From Cytophagales bacterium (GTDB lineage Bacteria > Bacteroidota > Bacteroidia > Cytophagales > Spirosomataceae), in contig JAAFKE010000004.1 in assembly GCA_013298215.1 (NCBI GenBank), positions 54,014 to 118,013 on the forward strand: a stretch of DNA of 64,000 bases, given 5' to 3'. Below the pieces are notes generated by a model. It was not told the origin of the DNA and searched no databases. It saw only the letters and a list, made by a program, of their open reading frames with translations. The translations under genes and the position numbers were made by a program. Shown piece by piece: positions 19,461 through 28,100 of the stretch (its first letter is position 1; the number at the start of each line of letters is the position of its first letter).

Positions 19461-20468
19461 ATGAACAATCAATCTAATAATTCGGGCCTCGTTTGGGGGT
19501 CGCTCCTACTTGGTTTTGGGCTACTACTGCTGGCCAAAACCCTCGGCTGGTTTCAGTTCGACTGGGGAATGATTGCCCGATTTTGGCCCGTCCTGCTCAT
19601 TTTGGGCGGCCTGAACCTCATTCTCAACAAATCGAACTCGCGCGGGGCAGTTACGGCGTTGTTCATTGCGTTTACGATTCCGTTGTTTGCTACCCATTCG
19701 TGCAACCGTAATTTCGGCAGTTCTAATTGGAATTGGAACGACAACGAAAACTACAACAACGAAGACAACAACAAAAATGACGAACCTAACAACCAAACCG
19801 AAGATGAAGGAAACGGTGAGGTGAAAAACGCGAATTTTTCTGAACCCATGCGCGACAACATTGCCGATGCTACGCTGCTGTTTGGCGGTGGTGCGGGCGA
19901 GTTCCGAATTGAGGAAACGACCACACAACTCTTCGAGGCCGACACCAAAAGCAACCTTGGTGGCTACAAATTGAAAACCAAACGCAACGAAACCGAGAAA
20001 ACTGCCGAAATTGACTTTTCGATGGACGGCAAGAAAAACGTAAAAATAGAAGGCGAAAACAACGACTTCGATTTTGACAACAAGGCCACCGTGAAACTAA
20101 ACGACCGCCCAAACTGGAACATGAAGTTTGAGATTGGTGCAGGCAAAGGCGACTTCGACCTGTCGGCTTTGAAAGTAAAGAGCGTAAAGCTGGAGGCGGG
20201 CGCGGCAGATATTGACCTCAAATTGGGAGACAAGGCCGCCGCCACCGACGTGTCGATCAGCTCGGGAGTAGCATCAGTGCAGGTGAGCGTCCCCGAGTCA
20301 GTTGGCTGCGAGGTTACAATTTCTGGGGCGCTAAATTCCGAAGATTTGGACGGCTTCGAGTCCAAAGGTAACGGCGTTTACCAGACCTCAAACTACGCTA
20401 AGGCCGCAAAAAAGATCGTCATCAAGTTTGAAGGTGGTGTATCTAAATTTGAGGTAAACCGCTACTAA
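19461..20468 (+). CDS. LiaF-like envelope-stress protein (N-terminal TM hairpin, Asn/Asp-rich linker, C-terminal beta-rich toast-rack-like domain)
   Basis: The N-terminus LVWGSLLLGFGLLLLAKTLGWFQFDWGMIARFWPVLLILGGLNLIL is the same module as in the two upstream genes. Low-complexity linker NWNWNDNENYNNEDNNKNDEPNN. The C-terminus has a repetitive beta pattern (ADIDLKLGD..VSISSGVASVQVSVPE..CEVTISGAL). Confidence 0.55.
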   Translation: MNNQSNNSGLVWGSLLLGFGLLLLAKTLGWFQFDWGMIARFWPVLLILGGLNLILNKSNSRGAVTALFIAFTIPLFATHSCNRNFGSSNWNWNDNENYNNEDNNKNDEPNNQTEDEGNGEVKNANFSEPMRDNIADATLLFGGGAGEFRIEETTTQLFEADTKSNLGGYKLKTKRNETEKTAEIDFSMDGKKNVKIEGENNDFDFDNKATVKLNDRPNWNMKFEIGAGKGDFDLSALKVKSVKLEAGAADIDLKLGDKAAATDVSISSGVASVQVSVPESVGCEVTISGALNSEDLDGFESKGNGVYQTSNYAKAAKKIVIKFEGGVSKFEVNRY

Positions 20469-20566
20469 GGAATGAGTTTTGAATTATTGAATTATTGAGT
20501 GGTTGAATAACGCTTGATAATCAGCTATTTATATATCAAAATCCAACTGCTTATTTATTTTATGTT
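20469..20566 (+). repeat. copy B (uninterrupted) of the stop-codon-abutting element
   Basis: 20469..20548 matches 6634..6713 (78/80). 20550..20566 (CTTATTTATTTTATGTT) matches 6826..6842. It begins directly after the TAA stop at 20466-20468. Confidence 0.85.
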
Positions 20567-20577
20567 TCTAATCATTG

Positions 20578-20617
20578 TTTTCTGGGCTGATACTTTGTTT
20601 TGTATCAGCCCAGAAAA
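20578..20617. terminator. bidirectional hairpin terminator (liaF-like + / ompA-like -)
   Basis: Perfect stem TTTCTGGGCTGATAC / GTATCAGCCCAGAAA with an 8-nt loop, flanked by T-run and A-run. It abuts the ompA-like stop at 20618. Confidence 0.8.
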
Positions 20618-22429
20618 TCAATTTTTATAGGGCTCAAAATTGACCCGGCGGTTTTGCTGGCGAGCCTCCCGAGTTCGGTTGCCGCTGGTTGGTTGGCTCT
20701 CTCCCACTCCACCAAACGACATTCGGTTGGCCAGCACATTTTTCTTCAGCAAATAGTCGAAACAAACCTCCGAGCGTCTCTCCGAAAGCCGCTGGTTTTG
20801 TTTTTGGTCGCCTATTTCGTCGGTGTGGCCAATTATCCTCAACTTAAAATCGGGGTTGGCGTTCATAAACACCGCCACTTCGTCGAGAACAGCGTAGTAA
20901 TCAGTTGAAATTTGAAATCTACCCGCCTCAAACAAAACGGGTTTGAGTGTAATGTTTACGATTCTCTGCTCTGGCTGTATGTCCACCAAATTAGGCTTTC
21001 TAACGCCCGCCCCCACGTTTATTTGGGGCTTTGTATTTGATAGTTTATCGACCTTGGGCGCATCTGGGCAACCATTATACTGCGCCACACCAGCCTGTTG
21101 CGGGCAAGCGTCTTGCGTATCCACAATCCCGTCGCCGTCCGAATCTGGGCAACCATTGTATTGGGCCGTGCCAGCCAGCGTAGGGCAAGCGTCGTCTTTG
21201 TCGGCAATGCCATCGCCATCGGCGTCGGGGCAGCCTTTCAGTTCTTTTTTACCCGCCGCCGCAGGGCAATCGTCGTCTTTATCCGCCAGGCCGTCGCCAT
21301 CGCCATCTGGGCAGCCGTTGAGTTCTTTTTTGCCCGCCACCGTAGGGCAGGTATCGTCCTTGTCAGCCACTCCGTCGCCGTCGCCGTCGGGGCAACCGTT
21401 CAATGCAACCACGCCCGCCACAGTCGAACAGGCGTCATCTTTGTCTGGCACGCCATCGCCGTCGCCGTCGGGACAGCCGCCAAAAATAGCCAATCCCTTT
21501 ATATTAGGGCAAACGTCGTCTTTATCCGCCACGCCGTCCGCGTCCATATCAGGGCAACCTTTCAATGTAGATAAACCTGCAATTGTAGGGCAGTCGTCGT
21601 CTTTATCAACCACGCCATCGCGGTCAAAATCGGGACAACCATTCAGTTTTTTAGAACCTGGCGTGGTGGGGCAGCCATCATTTGAGTCGGTAATGCCATC
21701 GTTATCGGCATCTTTGGCTCCAAGCCTATGCGTGAGGGTGAAACCGTAAAAAACGTAGCGATCGTCGCGACCTGGATTACCTGCCTTGCTAATGCCGTCC
21801 AAATAATCTGAGAAAGCCAGCCTAAAACTTCCCTCCAACCCCAGCACCCATTTTTGGCTGAGGTCGTATTTTACACCAATTCCAAACGGAATCGTGGCGT
21901 GGAGGTTAGAATAAACGGCCACTTTGTCCTGCGCAATGCCGTTCAAAATAGCTGGGTTGGTTGTGAGCGGATTAGAGAAGTCTGGTTTGGGGTTGGTAAA
22001 AGCAAAACCCAATCCCGTAAAAAAGTACGGCGACAGTCGCTTGGAAAATTTAACTTGGTAGTTTACGCTGTCATACCCAAACCGCTTTTTGCCAAAGGGA
22101 TCCCACTCAATAATGCCCGCTATTTCAGACAGTGGCGAAGTTGTGGTGAGGTTTCTTACCTTTCGGTCGTCAAAATAAATATCTTTACCCGACAAACGCC
22201 CAAAATTGAGCGAACCGCGTAGCGCCCAAGTGGGTGAAAAATGATAACGGCCCAACAAGCCAAGGCCAGCGCGGGGTTCTTTGGAGAAAAAATTCGACTT
22301 GTTGAGGTCGCCCAAGTACCCAGATATGCCCATGAATGCACCTACTTCCCACTTCTTGACCTGTTGCGCTTGGCAAAAAAACGGTAGCGTGAGAAGCGTG
22401 AGAAGTAGCGTTTTGTAAAATTTCATCAT
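20618..22429 (-). CDS. OmpA-family outer-membrane protein with N-terminal beta-barrel and thrombospondin type-3 (Ca-binding) repeats
   Basis: Signal peptide, seven GCPD.D.DG..D..D.CP repeats, and a C-terminal OmpA domain (FEAGRFQIS..., IIGHTDEIGDQKQNQRLSERRSE, NRRVNFE). Confidence 0.85.
   Translation of the reverse strand: MMKFYKTLLLTLLTLPFFCQAQQVKKWEVGAFMGISGYLGDLNKSNFFSKEPRAGLGLLGRYHFSPTWALRGSLNFGRLSGKDIYFDDRKVRNLTTTSPLSEIAGIIEWDPFGKKRFGYDSVNYQVKFSKRLSPYFFTGLGFAFTNPKPDFSNPLTTNPAILNGIAQDKVAVYSNLHATIPFGIGVKYDLSQKWVLGLEGSFRLAFSDYLDGISKAGNPGRDDRYVFYGFTLTHRLGAKDADNDGITDSNDGCPTTPGSKKLNGCPDFDRDGVVDKDDDCPTIAGLSTLKGCPDMDADGVADKDDVCPNIKGLAIFGGCPDGDGDGVPDKDDACSTVAGVVALNGCPDGDGDGVADKDDTCPTVAGKKELNGCPDGDGDGLADKDDDCPAAAGKKELKGCPDADGDGIADKDDACPTLAGTAQYNGCPDSDGDGIVDTQDACPQQAGVAQYNGCPDAPKVDKLSNTKPQINVGAGVRKPNLVDIQPEQRIVNITLKPVLFEAGRFQISTDYYAVLDEVAVFMNANPDFKLRIIGHTDEIGDQKQNQRLSERRSEVCFDYLLKKNVLANRMSFGGVGESQPTSGNRTREARQQNRRVNFEPYKN
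21059..21715 (-). repeat. in-frame tandem array of 81-nt (27-aa) TSP3 repeats inside the ompA-like CDS
   Basis: Seven consecutive units of the form GCPDGDGDGVADKDDTCPTVAGKKELN. The array also creates the open antisense frame 20943..21749. Confidence 0.8.
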
Positions 22430-22561
22430 GTATAGGGTTTTATTGCTTAAAATGTAGAGGATTTATTGCACAAATATGGTAAAATAATTGTTGGTTTTGA
22501 GTTAAAAAGAGAAGAGCGTAAACTTTCTTGGCCAGACTATCCGTTTATTATCGATGAAGTT

Positions 22562-22882
22562 ATGAACAACAAACAGAGTGTGGTGCAATACCAAGACATA
22601 AATATGGACATTTTCACCGAGATGCGCTCGGCAAAAGAATCAGTCGTGGTAGATGTCCGCGAGGGTTGGGAGTTCGATGAGTTCAATATCGGCGGGGTCA
22701 ATATTCCGATGGGCGAAGTACACAGCCGGGTCGGGGAACTAACCGACTTTCAGACTATTTTTGTGATCTGTGCCAATGGTTCGCGCAGTAAGGTAGCGGC
22801 CCATTTCTACGGCCGAACGCCCATTCTGGCAAACAGTACCGTGTTCCACCTCAAAGGGGGTATTTTAGAGGCCGAGTATTGA
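22562..22882 (+). CDS. rhodanese-like domain protein
   Basis: VVVDVREGWEF..., active-site loop VICANGSRS. I use the ATG at 22562 (MNNKQSV...) in preference to the non-ATG track start. Confidence 0.7.
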   Translation: MNNKQSVVQYQDINMDIFTEMRSAKESVVVDVREGWEFDEFNIGGVNIPMGEVHSRVGELTDFQTIFVICANGSRSKVAAHFYGRTPILANSTVFHLKGGILEAEY

Positions 22883-22897
22883 AAACGGCCTCTAAAA
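22863..22897. terminator. bidirectional hairpin between the rhodanese gene and glmS
   Basis: 12-bp stem TTTTAGAGGCCG / CGGCCTCTAAAA with an 11-nt loop, spanning the rhodanese stop codon. Confidence 0.6.
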
Positions 22898-22907
22898 CAA
22901 TTCGGGG

Positions 22908-24746
22908 CTACTCTACCGTCACCGATTTGGCCAAATTGCGGGGCTGATCCACGTTTCGTCCGCGCATGACCGCAATGTAGTAGGCCAACAATTGCAGCGG
23001 AATCGACGACAAAAGGGGGACTAAAATTTCGTGCGTTTTTGGAATTTCGATCACAAAATCTACTAATTCGTGCAGTTGTTTTTCACCCTCCGTCACCACC
23101 GCAATTACCCTGCCTTTGCGCGCTTTCACTTCTTGAATGTTAGAAACCACCTTGTCGTAAGAACTATCTTTGGTGGCCACCACCACCACTGGCATATCTT
23201 CGTCGATCAGCGCAATGGGGCCGTGCTTCATTTCGGCGGCGGGGTATCCTTCGGCGTGGATGTACGAAATCTCTTTGAGTTTCAAGGCACCCTCCAAAGC
23301 AACGGGGAAGTTCAGGCCGCGCCCCAAATAAATAAAGTTGCGGGCGTAGGTAAATATGTATGCGATCTCTTTAATTTTTTCGGAGGCCTTCAAAACGCGC
23401 TCTACTTTTGCTGGAATGGTGTCGATCTCGATCAACAACTGGCGGTAAAGGTCTTCGGAAATGGTTTTGCGTTTTTTGGCCACAGCAATGGCCATGAGCG
23501 TCAGCACCGTCACCTGCGCAGTGAATGCCTTCGTGCTGGCCACACCGATCTCAGGCCCGGCGTGGGTGTAGGCGCCAGCGTGGGTGATGCGCGCAATGGA
23601 CGAGCCAACGACGTTGCAAACCCCCAAAATAGTTGCTCCCTTCGACTTGGCCAGTTCGAGGGCGGCCAGTGTATCGGCGGTTTCGCCCGACTGCGAGATG
23701 GCAATTACAATGTCTTTTTCTTTAATAATGGGGTTTCTGTACCTAAACTCCGACGCGTACTCGACCTCGACGGGTATTCTGGCCAGTTCCTCAAAAATGT
23801 ATTCGGCCACCAGGCCAGCGTGCCACGACGTACCGCAGCCCACGATCACAATCCGCTTGGCATCGGCCAGTTTGTCCATGTACCCGCGCAAGCCACCGAG
23901 TTCGAGCAACGCGTCCTCGGCATTTAGTCGCCCGCGCATACTGTCGGCAATGGAGCGGGGTTGCTCAAAAATTTCTTTGAGCATAAAATGTTCGTAGCCT
24001 CCTTTCTCAATGGCTTCGAGTTCCATTTCGACCTTCTGGATGTAGGGAATTTGGGTGGTTTTATCGAGGTTTTGGAGCGTAAGTTCTCCGTTGCGCACAA
24101 CCGCAATTTGCAGATCGTCCAAGTACACAACTTCTTTGGTATATTCGATAATTGGCGTGGCATCCGACGCAAAAAAGAACTCCTCTTCGCCAATTCCGAT
24201 CACGAGCGGGCTTCCTTTGCGGGCAGCAATTAGCTGAGTGGGGTCGTCTTCGGTCATAATAACAATGGCGTAAGCTCCCACAACTTCGTGTAGTGCCAGG
24301 CGCACCGTTTCTTCGAGTGTTGCGCCCGTTTCTTTCTGAATATCTTCAATAAACTGGATCAAAACCTCCGAGTCGGTATCAGACCTAAACTCGTAGCCTT
24401 TTTTTTGCAGGTTTTTTTTAATCGTCGCAAAGTTCTCGATAATTCCGTTGTGGATAATAGCCAACTTGCTGTTTGAAGAATAATGTGGGTGGGCGTTTTT
24501 GTCGTTTGGCTCGCCGTGGGTAGCCCAACGGGTGTGCCCCATCCCGATTGTGGCGAGTGGTTCACGGGCTTTCAACTCGTTTTCGAGTTCGGCCACTTTA
24601 CCCTTTTTCTTGAACACTTTCAGGCCATCGGCGTTGAGCAATGCCACTCCCGCGCTGTCGTAGCCACGGTATTCCAAACGCTTCAACCCCTTGATGAGCA
24701 ACGGGTACGCCTGTCGGTGCCCCACATAAGCCACAATTCCACACAT
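22908..24746 (-). CDS. glmS: glutamine--fructose-6-phosphate aminotransferase
   Basis: 612 aa. N-terminal MCGIVAY Ntn-amidotransferase, two SIS domains, and the C-terminal LAKSVTVE motif. Confidence 0.95.
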   Translation of the reverse strand: MCGIVAYVGHRQAYPLLIKGLKRLEYRGYDSAGVALLNADGLKVFKKKGKVAELENELKAREPLATIGMGHTRWATHGEPNDKNAHPHYSSNSKLAIIHNGIIENFATIKKNLQKKGYEFRSDTDSEVLIQFIEDIQKETGATLEETVRLALHEVVGAYAIVIMTEDDPTQLIAARKGSPLVIGIGEEEFFFASDATPIIEYTKEVVYLDDLQIAVVRNGELTLQNLDKTTQIPYIQKVEMELEAIEKGGYEHFMLKEIFEQPRSIADSMRGRLNAEDALLELGGLRGYMDKLADAKRIVIVGCGTSWHAGLVAEYIFEELARIPVEVEYASEFRYRNPIIKEKDIVIAISQSGETADTLAALELAKSKGATILGVCNVVGSSIARITHAGAYTHAGPEIGVASTKAFTAQVTVLTLMAIAVAKKRKTISEDLYRQLLIEIDTIPAKVERVLKASEKIKEIAYIFTYARNFIYLGRGLNFPVALEGALKLKEISYIHAEGYPAAEMKHGPIALIDEDMPVVVVATKDSSYDKVVSNIQEVKARKGRVIAVVTEGEKQLHELVDFVIEIPKTHEILVPLLSSIPLQLLAYYIAVMRGRNVDQPRNLAKSVTVE

Positions 24747-25190
24747 ATTTCTATTTTTTTTGGTTTGGTAATTAGTAAACTATAAAACTTAAAATATTAC
24801 AACAATTAATGATATTCTGGGTGAAATTTAGCAAAAAAATGCAATTTAAAACAACAACTGGGTATTTTTAAAATTCAAATTTGGGTTTCGGTCATTTTTA
24901 CGACTCCAAAACATCCTTTTTTAGACGCGATGCAGGACTTTTCGCAACATTTATTTTCTAAAAATAGCAACATAATTAGACTAATTATTGCAAAAGCAAC
25001 AAAAACATCTAACACTACAAAATTCCGCCCTTTTAAGTTTTCACCAAATTTAATATTTAGTAGATTGCAAAACTTTGGTCTTAAAACTATGTTATACTTG
25101 CAGACACCTCCATAATTAGGTGCTGGCCAACTTCGCCGCGCCTCAGCGCAGAACCATGATTTTATTTTTCGCCTAACTTAACCGATCACA

Positions 25191-28100
25191 ATGAACGTTA
25201 TCTCTACGACCGAACCAACCCTACCAGGCCTGTACCGACCAGAGTTTGAACACGATGCCTGTGGTATTGGTTTCACGGCAAATTTGAAGGGTAGAAAGTC
25301 GCACAAAATCGTTCAGGATGCCATCAAAATGCTCGAGCGGATGGACCACCGTGGCGCGTGCGGCTGCGACCCCAACACGGGCGATGGCGCGGGGCTGCTG
25401 ATACAAATTCCGCACGAATTTTTTGTGGATGAGTGCACCAAATTGGGCTTCAAGCTGCCCCCCGCTGGTGCTTACGGAGTCGGAATGGTATTTTTTCCTG
25501 GCGACGAGCAAGTGCGCGAAGAAAGCCGTGGCATCTTGAACCGCAAAATAAAAATGCTGGGCATGGAGCTGATCGGCTACCGAATTGTGCCTACCCAAAA
25601 CAATACCCTCGGCGAAGGATCGCTTTCGGTTGAGCCAAAAATGGAACAGGTTTTTATTCGCCGCCCAGTTGATATTGCCGAAACCGATGGCAACAAAGAC
25701 ATCAAATTTGAGCGTAAACTTTTTGTGCTGCGCCAGTACGTCACCCGCATCATCCGCGAGCAGGTGAAGGGAGCCTTCGATCATTTTTACTTTTCGTCGC
25801 TGTCGTGCCGCACCATTTCTTATAAAGGCCAATTGACCACCAATCAGCTCCGCTATTATTTTCCTGATCTCGACAACGAGGCGGTGGTGTCGGCGTTGGG
25901 GGTGGTTCATTCGCGGTTTTCAACCAATACTTTTCCCTCTTGGAAACTTGCCCAGCCGTTCCGTTACGTGGCCCACAACGGCGAGATAAACACCGTGAAA
26001 GGCAACGTAAATTGGATTCGGGCCGCCGAAAAATCGTTCGTTTCGGAGTTTTTTACCACCGAAGAAATGAATATGCTGCTGCCCATCTGTGACTTGTCGC
26101 AGTCGGATACGGCAAACTTAGACAACGCAATCGAGCTACTTTACCTCGCTGGGCGGTCGCTGCCCCACGTCATGATGATGCTCGTACCCGAAGCCTGGGA
26201 CGGCAACGAGCAGATGGAAGCCACCCGCAAGGCGTTTTACGAATACCACGCCTGTTTGATGGAACCGTGGGACGGCCCCGCGTCAATTTCGTTTACCGAC
26301 GGAACGATGGTGGGCGCAACCCTTGACCGCAACGGACTGAGGCCGTCGAGGTACTGGGTTTTAGACGACGACACCGTCATTATGGCCTCCGAAGCGGGCG
26401 TGCTGGACGTGGATCAGTCGAAAGTCGTCTCGAAGGGGCGACTGCAACCAGGGCGCATGTTTATTGTGGACATGGCGCAGGGGCGGATTGTTCCCGACGA
26501 AGAAATAAAAGCAGAAATTTGCGCCCGCCAGCCCTACGGCGAATGGCTCAAAGAACACAAAATAAAGATTGCCGACCTCGACGACCCCATTCGTCCATAC
26601 AGCCATTATAACGACGAGAAATTACTCAAACGTCAAATTGCGTTTGGGTTCACCTCCGAAGACCTCCGCATGGTGCTTACGCCGATGGCCGAAAACGGCA
26701 AAGAGGCCCTCGGGTCGATGGGTACGGACGTGCCACTGGCCATACTTTCGGAGCAAAGCCAGCACCTGTCGCATTATTTTAAACAACTTTTTGCCCAAGT
26801 AACCAACCCACCCATCGACTCCATCCGCGAGCGCTCGATCATGTCGCTGCTTTCGTATGTGGGCTCGAACGAGAACCTGCTCACCGAGTCGGCCATGCAC
26901 TGCCGACTGGCGCAGTTGGAACAACCCGTACTGACGGTGGACGAGTTTGACAAGTTGCGTTTTATTGACCGGGAGCATTTTCAGGCCAAAACCATCAACA
27001 CTTATTTTTTGGCCGACGGCTCGGAGCAATCCCTCGAACGCGCCCTTGACCGAATCTGTCAGTACGCCGAAGATGCCATCGAAGACAGTTTTGAGGTTGT
27101 GATCCTGTCGGATCGCGCCATTGATTCGGACCACGCCCCTATTCCGTCGCTGCTGGCCACGGCGGCAGTACACCACCACCTGATCCGCAAAGGTTTACGG
27201 GGCAAAGTGGGTATTTTGGTCGAAGCTGGCGACGTTTGGGAAACCCACCACGTGGCCACGCTCATTGGCTTTGGCGCATCGGGCGTTTGCCCGTACATGG
27301 CTTTTGAGACATTGGCGCAGCTGAAGCGCAGCAATATGCTGAACGTAGATTATGACGAAGCCAAACTCAACAAACAATACGTGAAGGCCGTGAACGGCGA
27401 GTTGCTCAAAATATTCTCAAAAATGGGAATATCTACGTTACAGTCGTACCAAGGAGCCCAAATTTTTGAGTGTCTGGGGATCAACAAAACGGTGGTCGAT
27501 AAGTATTTCACGGGTACAATTTCGCGCATCAACGGCATGGGCTTGGCCGACATTGCCAAGGAAGTGCTGGTGCGCCACAAAGTTGCCTACCCCGACAAAC
27601 CATCCGTGCAACGGCTCGAAGTGGGTGGTTTTTACCAGTGGAAATGGCGCGGCGAAGCGCACATTTTCAACCCAGACACCATTCACCTGCTGCAGCAAGC
27701 ATCCCGAAACGAAAACGCAGAAAAAGGCTACGCTACTTTCAAAAAATACTCAAAACTGATCGACGATCAAACCTCCAAAGCCCTCACACTGCGCGGGTTG
27801 ATGCGTTTCAAAAAGGCCAGCTCTGTTGATATAAGCGAAGTAGAACCGATCACCGAAATTTTCAAACGTTTCGCCACGGGTGCCATGTCGTTTGGCTCCA
27901 TTTCGTGGGAGGCCCACGTGACCCTGGCGGCGGCTATGAACAGAATTGGGGGCAAATCGAACTCGGGCGAGGGCGGCGAAGACGAGATGCGCTTCAAACG
28001 CCAACCCAACGGAGACCTTTGGAACTCGTCGATAAAGCAAGTGGCCTCGGGGCGTTTCGGGGTGACGAGCTACTACCTGACCAACGCCGACGAGCTGCAA

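Noticed and set aside
20943-21749. 268-codon ORF with a striking PSPS/GQP repeat pattern.
   Set aside because: It is the antisense reading of the TSP3 tandem repeats in the ompA-like gene. The periodicity is inherited from the sense strand.
24747-24930. glmS ribozyme upstream of glmS.
   Set aside because: The minus-strand leader is AT-rich and lacks the conserved GC-rich core of the glmS ribozyme as I recall it. To my knowledge that ribozyme occurs mainly in Gram-positive bacteria rather than Bacteroidota.
24930-25115. 61-codon ORF in the glmS/gltB intergenic region, and a 65-codon ORF at 38392..38589.
   Set aside because: Both are low-complexity AT-rich translations with no motifs. One overlaps the rSAM stop and both lie in regions better explained as promoters or leaders.
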